From: Bdellovibrionota bacterium
Lineage (GTDB): Bacteria; Bdellovibrionota_C; UBA2361; CAKMMH01
NCBI GenBank assembly: GCA_050952645.1
Contig: JBMNLI010000010.1
Location: forward strand, 96,001 to 160,000
Length of the DNA: 64,000 bases
Direction of reading: 5' to 3'
Shown here piece after piece: positions 28,038-38,102 of the stretch (positions are counted from its first letter, which is position 1; each line of letters begins with the position of its first letter). Position numbers and translations under genes: made by a program. Below the pieces are notes generated by a model. It was not told where the DNA came from, did not search any database, and saw only the letters and a list, made by a program, of their open reading frames with translations.

Positions 28038-30263
28038 TTATATATCTTTATCATTTATATACTCGCTATCATCTCCTATATCACTTTCAGTTTCATCGTC
28101 TATATCTTCTTTTGCATAAAGTGTTACTAAAAAATCATTTGATTCATATCCGAATAACTCTAAAAGCTTTGAAATTGCTTCAAATACAGCTTTTGAACTA
28201 TTAAAAGTGTTTACATAAAATTCATTTCTAAGAATCTCAACTGGGTTTCTCATTCCTTTATCATTCTTAGCGATAAAATTAATTTCTTTTTCTTTTACCA
28301 ATTCTTTTAACAAATCTTTATTTTCTTGACAAAGTAATTTGACAAATTCTTTAAATAAATTATTATAACTTGCTGCCTCAATTATATATTCTTTCTCTTT
28401 CAATACGAATGAATAAGGATGCCTATATTTAAACACATCCGTATTCTCTATAGTTATCGGTTCATCTAGCGGCGGACGTTCATCGGTAAAGATTATATCA
28501 TCATCTTTTACTTTTTCTACTTTTAATAAAGCAATTAACTTTTCAGCGAGTTCTTTTCCACGTTTTCTAACTTGATCACTTCCCCATTTTAATTTATTTA
28601 TTACAGACTTATTAAGTTCCGAAAATTTTCCATTTTCTTTAAGACTGTTTTTCTTAAATTCAAAAGTCTTATTTCCCATTTCTGAATTATAACCTGTTAA
28701 TGACAAATTGCCTAAACAGTGAAGCCAATCATTATAGTCTTCACCTTTTTTTAGATATCTTCTCCAATCAGAATTAATAGTTCTTGGAAATATATGTTCA
28801 ATTGTAATCTTATCATCTATCGCAACTTGCTCTTTATTATTATCACCATTTTCAATCTTATATAAAAGATATTTAGTTAACGATCTATTATAATCATAAA
28901 GAGAATCTTCTACTAATGATTCCTTAAACATATCATCTGTAGGCATTTCTCCTTGCTCAAAAAAATACTTATTTATTGCTTCATAATACTTATTGTAATA
29001 CTCTTTATTTTCAAATATTCGTTCATAAGCACTAGCAAAATACCTATTTAAGAACTTCGTATCTCTGACGTATACTAAAAATTTAACTAAATAAGCACGA
29101 ACTAGAAACAACACTTTTTATAAAATCTCAAAATCAATTTTGTTATTTATATAATCTTCAAAAATATGAAGCAAAAAAGGATAGCAAGTAGTTTGGTCTA
29201 TCTCTAAAATATCATCTAGATAACATCTTATTTGTGCATATTCTCTAGCATTTTTTGATAATCGTATGTGAATAGCATCAGGATATTCTGATGTTATTTG
29301 ATCTCCCCAAATAAAAAACTCATATATATCAAAATATTTATATATATCATCTATTATATCTTCTTTAGAATCTGCATTTTCATAACACTTTTTAAAAGCC
29401 TCATAAAGATATTTTTTCTTAACTATTGAATTATTTTTAAATATTAAAAGATGAAAGAAAAACAAATTAAGCCAATAATCATCAACTAAACTTTCTTCAA
29501 TATTTTGCCATTTTTTATAGCACCTTTCCCTATCTTCTTTTTTTACAACACCCATAAGTAAAAAATTTCTAATTAAATCTGAATTCGACAATGATTTTCC
29601 TGTAGAGTTAACACTTTCAAACACGACCTGTGGATCATCGTTCTCATCTAACATTATCTCAACAACTATCAGCTTTTTAATAGCTTCTAAAATATCTTTT
29701 GCTCTATGTCCTTTTTCTAACCAACTATTTAATTCTAATTTACATTTTTTATAATTTTTACAAATTTCAGATTCTATATTAGATAAAACATATTCATCAT
29801 TTTTATCTACATTCATTAACGTATAAAACACTTCATCATCACCCGATACTTGTTTTAATTTAATTTTATATTTTTCACTCTTATTTTCTAAAATTTCTTT
29901 TATATTATTTTTTACTAAAAGTTCTTCATTATCACATTCTTTATTATTTAAAATGACTAATAATGCTTTAAGTAAAATCATAACGGTAGTAATGCGCTGT
30001 TGCCCGTCTATAATTATATAGCTTGTTGGTTCATCAGCTTTTAACCCTGCTCTATATTCCTGAACATCAATAATAACTCCAAAAAAATGATTATAATTTT
30101 GATGTGGATTTTCCTTATATTTTTTTATTATCTTTTCAATATCCTCGAGTAATCTTTTTACATTCTCTATCTTCCAATCATAATTCCTTTGATAATCTGG
30201 AATTTCAAATACTGCATTACGCTCTATAAGGTCATACATTGAAATTTTTGCTGGTTCATGCAT
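28038..30263 (-). pseudogene. gmrSD: GmrSD-type (DUF262 + DUF1524) modification-dependent restriction protein, split by an in-frame TAA at 29118-29120
   Basis: IPDYQRNYDW, IIDGQQRITT, VFESVNSTG in 29118-30263; TIEHIFP, LGNLSL..NSEMGN in 28038-29114; both parts in one frame (DFEIL*KVLFLV). Confidence 0.85.
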
Positions 30264-30325
30264 CGTTATTATCTCCTTTTTATATTAAAAAATGACTTTA
30301 TCCATTTTCATCAAAAGTAGAAATT

Positions 30326-30559
30326 TCACCCCTTTATCACCTCTAACTTTTTTTCTGCTCCATCTAAAAGGCTGCTAATTTTTTGTAGGATTTTACTTCC
30401 TCTTTCATAAGCAACAATGGCCGTATCTAGTGGAAGTTCTCCTGCTTCAACTAGTTTTATTAAAGCTTCTAGCACCTCAGTTCCTTCCTCAAACTTTAAA
30501 TCATCTAAAATTTTATCATCAAAATTATCTGCTAATAAATCTTTTACTTTAATTTTCAT
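30326..30559 (-). CDS. xseB: exodeoxyribonuclease VII small subunit
   Basis: FEEG..LEALI..EAGELPLDTAIVAYERG..AEKKL; follows xseA. Confidence 0.88.
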   Translation of the reverse strand: MKIKVKDLLADNFDDKILDDLKFEEGTEVLEALIKLVEAGELPLDTAIVAYERGSKILQKISSLLDGAEKKLEVIKG

Positions 30560-30580
30560 AAATTATTATCCTTTAAAAAT

Positions 30581-31894
30581 TTATTTAATTACTTTAGAAC
30601 AAATATCTCCATCATAAAATATGATATTTATATTATCCCCTACTTTCAAACCTTTTTTAGAAACTAATATTTTATCTTTCTGTTTTACTATCGAATAACC
30701 TCTCTTTAAAGTCTTTTTATAATCAAACGCTTTAAACAAATTTTTTTGCGACTCTAAAATTTGCCTTTTCTTATCAAAAAGTAAATTTATAGCCCTTAAA
30801 AAATCATTCCTAATTATTTTTATCTTCTCTTTATTTTCATCTAACTTATTTTTAGGATTTAATTTTAATAATCTTTCTTTTAATACATTTAATTTTTCCT
30901 TCTTAAGCTTGATTTGATTTTTAGGATCTAAAATATGAAATTTATTTTTTATTTTTTCTAAACTAAAAGAAAACTCTAAAACATTATGCTTAAATGATTT
31001 ATAAAGTCTTTCTTCGATAAATGATAGATTCTGCCTATAAACCAATAAGAATCTATGAAAATCTTTTAACCTAGTTTCAAAAAATTTTACCTTTTCTAAA
31101 AGCTCTTTTCTGTCTGGCAGTGCCACCTCGGCAGCTCCCGTAGGGGTAGGCGCTCTATAATCTGCTACTAAATCTGCTAAACTTACATCGCTTTCGTGTC
31201 CTACGGCTGAAATAACTGGAATTTTTGATGCATATATTGCACAGGCTACCTCCTCTTCATTAAAGCACCATAAATCCTCTAGGCTTCCTCCCCCACGTCC
31301 TACGATAAGCACATCTACATTTTGAAGCTCATTAAATTTACGTATAGCATTTGCTATCTCTTTAGAAGCGCCATCACCTTGCACTCGAACATCGATTAAA
31401 TACACTTGGCAAATTGGCATTCTCTCTTTTACCTTAAACATTATATCGTGTATTACAGCGCCCGAAAAAGACGTTACTACACCAATAGCTTTAGGAAAAA
31501 ACGGAAGCGGTCTTTTTCTACTTTTATCAAAAAGCCCTTGCGCTTCTAATTTCTTTTTTAATTCCTCATATTTTTTCTTTAAGTCGCCCTCTCCTTGAAG
31601 CTCCATGCTCGAAACTACCATTTGAAATCTTCCAGATTTCCCATAAAGGCTACAACGCCCTACGCATACGACCATATCGCCCTGTTTAGGAGTAAATTTT
31701 ATAGAGTTAGCATAGCTTCTCCACATTGCACATGAAATTTGAGACTCTTCATCTTTTACTGTAAAATAGATATGACCTGTTTGCGAAAATTGCACTTGTG
31801 CAATTTCTCCTATAAAAGAAACGTTTTCTAATGTATTTTCTAAAACGTTGTTAATTGTTAATATTAGTTCTGTAATACTTGAAAATTTATACAT
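30581..31894 (-). CDS. xseA: exodeoxyribonuclease VII large subunit
   Basis: GHIYFTVKD, GVVTSFSGAVIHD, GRGGGSLEDLW, SAVGHESD, RAPTPT, LKRGYSI. Confidence 0.96.
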   Translation of the reverse strand: MYKFSSITELILTINNVLENTLENVSFIGEIAQVQFSQTGHIYFTVKDEESQISCAMWRSYANSIKFTPKQGDMVVCVGRCSLYGKSGRFQMVVSSMELQGEGDLKKKYEELKKKLEAQGLFDKSRKRPLPFFPKAIGVVTSFSGAVIHDIMFKVKERMPICQVYLIDVRVQGDGASKEIANAIRKFNELQNVDVLIVGRGGGSLEDLWCFNEEEVACAIYASKIPVISAVGHESDVSLADLVADYRAPTPTGAAEVALPDRKELLEKVKFFETRLKDFHRFLLVYRQNLSFIEERLYKSFKHNVLEFSFSLEKIKNKFHILDPKNQIKLKKEKLNVLKERLLKLNPKNKLDENKEKIKIIRNDFLRAINLLFDKKRQILESQKNLFKAFDYKKTLKRGYSIVKQKDKILVSKKGLKVGDNINIIFYDGDICSKVIK

Positions 31895-31940
31895 CTTCTA
31901 TTAAAAATTTTATTAAAAAGTTCCGACATTAAATTATATT

Positions 31941-32729
31941 ATGGGAAAATTACAAACGAATAAATATAGCATAAATTATGCCTTAGAATTTATCAATACT
32001 AAAGAAAATGCACTTAAAGCATTTAGGATAACTAATATTATTTGGAATACATGTTTATTTTTAACCATTTTTCTAATATTTTTTTTAAATGAAGAAAAAA
32101 TTTTTCACTCCTTTAATCTTAATTTTCCTTTTTGGTTTATTTGTATATTTATAAATTATCTTATTACGATAAAAAGATATGCTTTAATTTACTTTATTAA
32201 CAAATTACAATTATTAAATGAAATAACTAACAATAAGCTTTCAATTATCGTAATTATAGGACTTCTTATTTTTACAACGATAATAGGTATATTTAATGCA
32301 ATGCTACAAACTGCAAAAATAAAAGGCGTAATTTTTATAAATGCAATTATCGTGATAGCGTTTATTGTAGCATTTGTAATAAAATCAAAAAGTATAGCTA
32401 GAGCGCTTTTAAAACAAATAATCGAAAGCAATAAGAGAAACAAGGCCGAAAAGCTACAAAAGTACCACGATTCTCTTTTGATCGTAAACAACGGGCCTAT
32501 TATTTTAAATTTTGCCATCTCATTTTTTCTTATAACATTTAAGGGGACTACTCAAGTTGAATGTGCGATACTATACCTGCTAAATTTTCTAACATTATAT
32601 ATTTTAAAACCTGAAAAAAAATATTTTCTACAATACTGCCCTAAATGCTTTCAAATCCGCTCTTTAGGATTGTCTGCTTACCCGTTCTGCCCTAATTGTA
32701 GGCGAGAAGAATGGAATAATGTTAAATAA
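31941..32729 (+). CDS. hypothetical multi-pass membrane protein with a C-terminal zinc ribbon
   Basis: Several hydrophobic segments; CPKC..CPNC at the C-terminus. Confidence 0.7.
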   Translation: MGKLQTNKYSINYALEFINTKENALKAFRITNIIWNTCLFLTIFLIFFLNEEKIFHSFNLNFPFWFICIFINYLITIKRYALIYFINKLQLLNEITNNKLSIIVIIGLLIFTTIIGIFNAMLQTAKIKGVIFINAIIVIAFIVAFVIKSKSIARALLKQIIESNKRNKAEKLQKYHDSLLIVNNGPIILNFAISFFLITFKGTTQVECAILYLLNFLTLYILKPEKKYFLQYCPKCFQIRSLGLSAYPFCPNCRREEWNNVK

Positions 32730-32734
32730 TCTTA

Positions 32735-32814
32735 GCTCTTTCACGTTTTGAGGTGGTTTTTAATTCTAAAAAATTAGCATCACCTCCCCCCCCCACTTTA
32801 AACGCATAAAGAAC
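32735..32814. mobile_element. degenerate MITE-like element
   Basis: GCTCTTTCACGTTTTGAGGTGG..TTAAACGCATAAAGAAC with the shared AAAATTAGCATCAC module; flanks AAATAATCTT / AAATAATTTT. Confidence 0.65.
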
Positions 32815-32876
32815 AAATAATTTTTTACACTACGACTTAGATTTACACTTAAATATTTGTTATACTATTTAGTGCT

Positions 32877-33875
32877 ATGATTTTAGAATTTAACAAAGAA
32901 AATATAAAATTTTGTGCTAAGCAATTACGGCTTGGTAAAGTCGTTTCATTTCCGACTGAAACGGTTTACGGTCTCGGGGCTAATGCTTTAAATGAAAAAG
33001 CCGTAGAAGAAATTTATAAATTAAAGAAGCGTCCTAGCAACAATCCTTTAATAGTGCATATTTACGATATAAAGCAGATTGAAGAGTTTTGCGTTTTAAA
33101 ACCGTTTCAAGAAAAACTTATCGAAAAGCTAAAAGTTTTTTGGCCTGGCCCTCTTTCTTTAGTGCTACCTAAAAAAGATATTATTCCTGATATCGTAAGT
33201 GCTAGAAAGGAATCTATCGCAATAAGAATGCCTAATCATAAAGTAGCACTCTCATTATTTAAGGAAGCAAATCTTCCAATAGTAGCCCCTAGTGCTAATA
33301 TCTCTGGATTTTTAAGTCCTACAACTGCCTTACACGTTCAGGAGGCCTTTAAAGAAAAAAACATCCCTGTGCTTCAAGGGGGAAATTGCGCCGTTGGGCT
33401 TGAAAGCACAGTGTTATCGCTTTTAAAAGATACGCCTATTATTTTAAGACATGGATTTATTACTAAAGAAAAATTAGAAGATACTCTTTCAGAGTACATT
33501 CTTGATGGCACGGAAAAAGAAAATAATTTATCTTCTGAAATTTTATCCCCAGGAATGCTTTTAAAACATTATTCACCTAGGACACCACTATATTTAAAAA
33601 GTGAAAAGCTTCCTAAAAGTAGAAACGCTTCATATATAGCTTTTGTAGATGATGAAAATGAACTTTTAGAAGAAACTAAGAATAAATTTAAAGAAATAGC
33701 CTATTTAACGAGTGATAAAACTATTATCGCTAAAAAACTCTTTTATATATTACATAAATTCGATAAAATGGGTTTTGATTATATAGTTATTGATTCGTGT
33801 GAAGAAATAGGCTTAGGCAAAGCCATTATGGATAGAATCAAAAGAGCGACAAATAAAACTAATAATAATAATTAA
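32877..33875 (+). CDS. sua5: threonylcarbamoyl-AMP synthase (Sua5 form)
   Basis: FPTETVYGLGA, RPSNNPLIVH, FWPGPL, APSAN, GLESTV, SPGMLLKHYSP, GKAIMDRI. Confidence 0.95.
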   Translation: MILEFNKENIKFCAKQLRLGKVVSFPTETVYGLGANALNEKAVEEIYKLKKRPSNNPLIVHIYDIKQIEEFCVLKPFQEKLIEKLKVFWPGPLSLVLPKKDIIPDIVSARKESIAIRMPNHKVALSLFKEANLPIVAPSANISGFLSPTTALHVQEAFKEKNIPVLQGGNCAVGLESTVLSLLKDTPIILRHGFITKEKLEDTLSEYILDGTEKENNLSSEILSPGMLLKHYSPRTPLYLKSEKLPKSRNASYIAFVDDENELLEETKNKFKEIAYLTSDKTIIAKKLFYILHKFDKMGFDYIVIDSCEEIGLGKAIMDRIKRATNKTNNNN

Positions 33876-33892
33876 ATGGAGGAAGATATATA

Positions 33893-34432
33893 ATGGAATC
33901 AAAAATTTACGATGTAATTATAAAAGAGCTAGTAAGCCATGGAGATGATAGAGGATTTTTTAGAGAGATAGTGCGTCATACCGATGATGTTTTTAAAGAT
34001 TCAAAATTTGCCCAGCTTTCACACTCATATATGGTAAAAAACACCGTTAAGGCTTGGCATTATCACCATATTCAATACGATTTTTGGTATATACCGACAG
34101 GATTAGTTCAAGTTATTTTATACGATGATAGGGAGGAAAGCCCTACTTATAAAGTGTCGCAAGAGTTTTTAGTAGGCGATACTCATAAATACCCTGAAGC
34201 TAAAGCGCTTTGTATAAGAATTCCAACGGGAGTTTTACATTCTTGTAAAGTATTAAGTGATAGCGCAGATTTATTTTACATTACATCTGAAACTTATAAC
34301 CCACAAGATGAGGGAAGATACCCTTATAACGACGGTCCTTTTAAACACGATTGGGGACAAGACGTTATAGTAGCTAAAAATGATACTTTAAGAACTATCC
34401 CAAGTAATGAAAGAAAAAAGATAAAACTTTAG
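33893..34432 (+). CDS. rmlC: dTDP-4-dehydrorhamnose 3,5-epimerase family protein (copy 1)
   Basis: DDRGFFRE, VKAWHYH, YDDREESPTY, IPTGVLH. Confidence 0.85.
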   Translation: MESKIYDVIIKELVSHGDDRGFFREIVRHTDDVFKDSKFAQLSHSYMVKNTVKAWHYHHIQYDFWYIPTGLVQVILYDDREESPTYKVSQEFLVGDTHKYPEAKALCIRIPTGVLHSCKVLSDSADLFYITSETYNPQDEGRYPYNDGPFKHDWGQDVIVAKNDTLRTIPSNERKKIKL

Positions 34433-34555
34433 TTTTACTTAAAAACATTTGAGGTAAAAACGTTTGAGATAAAAACATTTAAGATAAAAACATTTGAGGA
34501 TTACTTAAACAAGAAAATCACCATAGTTTAATTTGTGTAATTTGTAATATTTAAT

Positions 34556-34583
34556 TTGACATTAACAGCCCTTTTATTATAAT
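34556..34583 (+). promoter_or_regulatory. sigma70-type promoter of the second rmlC-like gene
   Basis: Consensus hexamers TTGACA-N16-TATAAT. Confidence 0.65.
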
Positions 34584-34680
34584 ACAAAAATCTGATAAAA
34601 TAGCGTTTGATTTTGCGGTGGACTAGGAAAATAGTTTTTTTAAAAAAAGGTTAAAAAAAAGGTTTAGAAAGGGGGAAACC

Positions 34681-35265
34681 ATGACAACAGTTTCTAGTAT
34701 GGCAACAGCTTCAGGAATTTTACTGCCATCTAAAATTTATGACGTAATTATACAAGAACTTAAAGTGCATAAAGACAAGAGAGGTTATTTTAAGGAAGTA
34801 TTTTGCACAGATTGGAAAGTATTTATTGGGATAAACATCATCCTAATAGCTCAGACGTATATGAAGAAAGACGTCATTAAAGCATGGCATTTTCACCATA
34901 CTCACTACGATGTTTGGCATTTCTCATCTGGACTAGCTAGAGTTATCCTATATGATGATAGGAAAGAAAGCCCTACTTACGGAGCATCGCAAGAGTTTTT
35001 AGTAGGCGATCCACAGAAATACCCTGAAGCTAAAGCGCTTTGCATAAGAATTCCACCTGGGGTTTTACATGCATGTGAGGTGATAAGTAAAGAGGGAGCG
35101 ACCCTTGTATACGCTACAGACAAAGCTTACGACCCTACAGATGAGGGAAGATATCCTTGGAACGACGAACGTTTCAATGTCACTTGGAAGACACCAAATC
35201 CTGTAGTATCTGAAAGTGATACAAAGTATTACACTCCACCTCACAAAAGAGCCTTAATTTGCTAA
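34681..35265 (+). CDS. rmlC: dTDP-4-dehydrorhamnose 3,5-epimerase family protein (copy 2)
   Basis: DKRGYFKE, IKAWHFH, YDDRKESPTY, IPPGVLH; clear paralogue of copy 1. Confidence 0.82.
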   Translation: MTTVSSMATASGILLPSKIYDVIIQELKVHKDKRGYFKEVFCTDWKVFIGINIILIAQTYMKKDVIKAWHFHHTHYDVWHFSSGLARVILYDDRKESPTYGASQEFLVGDPQKYPEAKALCIRIPPGVLHACEVISKEGATLVYATDKAYDPTDEGRYPWNDERFNVTWKTPNPVVSESDTKYYTPPHKRALIC

Positions 35266-35305
35266 AAGAATTATCTTTTACGTTTTTTAAAGATGCTTTA
35301 ATTTG

Positions 35306-35381
35306 GTTCTTCACGGGTTTTAAGTAAGTTAGAAAAATTGTTTTTTCAGGTTAGCTTAAACCACCTTAAAACGTGAAGAAC
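35306..35381. mobile_element. short MITE-like element
   Basis: GTTCTTCACGGGTTTTAAG..CCTTAAAACGTGAAGAAC with the shared TTAGAAAAATTGTTTTTT and GGTTAGCTTAAA modules. Confidence 0.75.
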
Positions 35382-35539
35382 TTTAAATTTTAAGGCATAA
35401 ATTTATAAAGGCAAAGAGAAAGCGAAAAAGAAAGAGAAGGAGAAAGAGAAAAAGAAAGAAAAAAAGAGTACACCCCGCCCATTAAAGGGCTTTCTCTTTT
35501 ATATTCTCTTTTATCTTGACTTTTATCTTCTCTTTTATC

Positions 35540-36577
35540 TTAACTTTCCTTTGCCTTTATATATCCTTTTTTATCGAATAGACTCATTCCATTTTTTGCA
35601 AGCAAACAAACACCGTACGTTACGAATACGAAATAATGCACCATATGTGCTATAATAGAATAAGTTACTGCGATCTCTTTTTGCCCACCACACAAATCAA
35701 AAGCTGCAACACAAGCTACTTGAAACACCCCTATAAACCCTGGAGCACTTGGAGCCGCTACTGCAAAAGCGATAAACACGACTATTGCGAGTGCTAATTG
35801 TAAAGAAGGAACATCGAAAAATAAAAATAAAAACGCATAGTAATAAGCAATAGTAAATATCCAAACGAGTACTGAATAAATGGTAGTCATAATAAAGTTT
35901 TTTATATTTTTTAAAGGCTTTACCCCAGATATAACCTCGGCTACTATCTCTTCTAGTTTTAAATATATGCTTTCAGGGCAAACTTTTCTAAACAGCGAAA
36001 AAAGCTTTAAAAGTAGCTTATCATTAAATACCGCTAAAATTATAAAAATAAAAATAAAGAGTGCTAATAATCCTAAGATAGGCACGCCTTTATATATGTA
36101 TGAATCTTTACGAACATCTAGAACTAAAATCATTCCTGCAAAGCACAAAAGAGCCATAATTAAATCGAAAAATCTTTCCGTTACTATTGAAACAAAAGTG
36201 CTTGGATACGTAAGCTTGGTTTTTTTACATAAATATAAAGGTCTTAAAAACTCCCCTGCCCTTAATGGCAAAAGATACGTCGTAAAATTTCCAAACTGGA
36301 TAGCATTAAACCTTGCTATAAAACTAGTATAAACGCCTAACAAGTATTCCCATCTTAAAGCTCTTAAAACGTAATGAAATAAAAATAGGGCGATAGCAGG
36401 GAGAATATAAAACCACCTTTCTTTAACTGCTAAAAAAGATTTCCACACTTCTTTCCAGTCGGTAGTTTTATAAATCCAACAAATAAGCCCAGCACTTATA
36501 AGAATACTTAATATTATTTTAAAACTTCTCGATTTAAAAAATTTTAATAAAATTTTAAAAAATTTCGACTCAAACAT
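35540..36577 (-). CDS. lysylphosphatidylglycerol synthase TM-domain / flippase-like membrane protein (UPF0104)
   Basis: LRALRWEYLL, LLPLRAGEFLR, VTERFFD, PSAPGFIGVFQ. Confidence 0.88.
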   Translation of the reverse strand: MFESKFFKILLKFFKSRSFKIILSILISAGLICWIYKTTDWKEVWKSFLAVKERWFYILPAIALFLFHYVLRALRWEYLLGVYTSFIARFNAIQFGNFTTYLLPLRAGEFLRPLYLCKKTKLTYPSTFVSIVTERFFDLIMALLCFAGMILVLDVRKDSYIYKGVPILGLLALFIFIFIILAVFNDKLLLKLFSLFRKVCPESIYLKLEEIVAEVISGVKPLKNIKNFIMTTIYSVLVWIFTIAYYYAFLFLFFDVPSLQLALAIVVFIAFAVAAPSAPGFIGVFQVACVAAFDLCGGQKEIAVTYSIIAHMVHYFVFVTYGVCLLAKNGMSLFDKKGYIKAKES

Positions 36578-36692
36578 TATTTACCTTTAATCCATTGCTA
36601 ATTATCTTTAAAAACTATAATAAAAGTTATTTTATAGAAATATAGTACAATTAACAACATAGAAATTTAAATGCTTTCGATTTGTAAATAAG

Positions 36693-36758
36693 ATTAGAAA
36701 AGAATTAGAAAAGAATTAGAAAAGAATTAGAAAAGAATTAGAAAAGAATTAGAAAAAA
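36693..36758 (+). repeat. 11-bp tandem repeat (ATTAGAAAAGA), about 6 copies
   Basis: Read directly; period 11. Confidence 0.9.
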
Positions 36759-36996
36759 GAAATAGAAAAGAAACAAAAAAGAAAGATTAGAAAAAATTAT
36801 GATTGAAAAAGATTTAAGTGAAAAAAAACACAAAAAAAGGTTGCAAGCTTTAAACGATTAAGCTTTAAGAATTTGAAAAGTTAATAAACGAAAACTGATA
36901 AACAAAAACTGATAAACAAAAACAACGAACGAAAACAATGAACGAAAACAATGAAAATAGAGAAAAAACATAATTATTAAAAAAACTATAAAATTT

Positions 36997-37146
36997 TTAT
37001 ACAGCAACCTTTACACTTAATTCTTTTTTAAGAATTAAAAAATCTTCTAAAAGTTTTTTTAATAATTCCTCATCTTTTCTTCTAAAATATTCGTCTTCTC
37101 GAATATACTTTTTAGTTTTTTTATAAGATATTTTTTTAGTCGTCAT
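36997..37146 (-). CDS. small 49-aa protein not in the ORF track
   Basis: SD AAAGGAGG 6 nt before the ATG; MTTKKISYKKTKKYIREDEYFRRKDEELLKKLLEDFLILKKELSVKVAV. Confidence 0.65.
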   Translation of the reverse strand: MTTKKISYKKTKKYIREDEYFRRKDEELLKKLLEDFLILKKELSVKVAV

Positions 37147-37439
37147 ATTTTGCCTCCTTTATGTAAAATTATTTAAAAAACCTTTATTTTTCTTTTACTT
37201 AATGATCTTACAAAATACTTAACCTGCTTCTATTATTTTAACAGCTTTAGTTTAATTTTAACAGAAAAATATAAAGAAAAGCAAAAAAATTTTTTAAAGG
37301 GATTAGAAATTTTTTCCCTTTAATCTTTTTTATTCATAAATAAGGCTTTATTTTGCGATTTCTACCTACTTTAGCCTTACTAAATCGCTACTATTTAAAC
37401 TAGAATAAGGATTCTTTGGCTCTTTACGTTTTAAGTAGC

Positions 37440-38009
37440 TTAAAGAAGCTTAAAAATCATCTCCTTTACCTCTAAGACATCTAAAGTGCCTGCCTTAACG
37501 GTCTTTAGTAGCCCTTTGTCTTTATAATATGCACTAAGTGGGAGCGTCTGTTCTGTGTAAACTTTTATCCTTTTCTCTATTATCTCTTCATTATCATCGC
37601 TTCTTTTTTCACCACCACTTTTGCTAGCCCTTTTTAAAATTCTTTCTAACAGCACTTCCTTTGGAACATCGAAATCTAAAACGCAAGTTAGCTTAAGCGT
37701 TAACTCATCTAATAAAACGTCTAACGCTTCAGCTTGTGCAATAGTCCTTGGAAAGCCATCTAATAAAAACCCAAATTTACAATCATCTTCTTTAAGACGC
37801 TCTTTTATTAAATCTATTATAGTGCTGTCTGGAACCAACTCTCCCTTATCTATATAACCTTTAACTTGCTTTCCTAACTCTGAGCCTTTTGAAACAGCAG
37901 CCCGAACCATATCACCAGTAGAAATATGAGGAATATTATATTTTTCACATATAAACTTAGCTTGAGTGCCTTTTCCAGCCCCTGGGGCTCCTAACAATAC
38001 TATACGCAT
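37440..38009 (-). CDS. adk: adenylate kinase (short LID)
   Basis: [35 protein letters not shown]. Confidence 0.97.
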   Translation of the reverse strand: MRIVLLGAPGAGKGTQAKFICEKYNIPHISTGDMVRAAVSKGSELGKQVKGYIDKGELVPDSTIIDLIKERLKEDDCKFGFLLDGFPRTIAQAEALDVLLDELTLKLTCVLDFDVPKEVLLERILKRASKSGGEKRSDDNEEIIEKRIKVYTEQTLPLSAYYKDKGLLKTVKAGTLDVLEVKEMIFKLL

Positions 38010-38102
38010 AATGCCTTTACTCCTTTTTTATTTTCTATTTTTTTTACTTTCTAATTTTTTTACTTTCTAAATTTTTTTTACTTTTTAAACTAAGACGTTT
38101 AA

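Noticed and set aside
29118..29120. Stop-codon reassignment or programmed readthrough as the cause of the GmrSD TAA
   Set aside because: TAA ends many ordinary genes in the window and prfA is intact
35405..35540. Purine-rich then pyrimidine-rich tract as a novel ncRNA
   Set aside because: Low complexity around a small GCCC/GGGC hairpin between convergent genes; best explained as a terminator region plus micro-duplications
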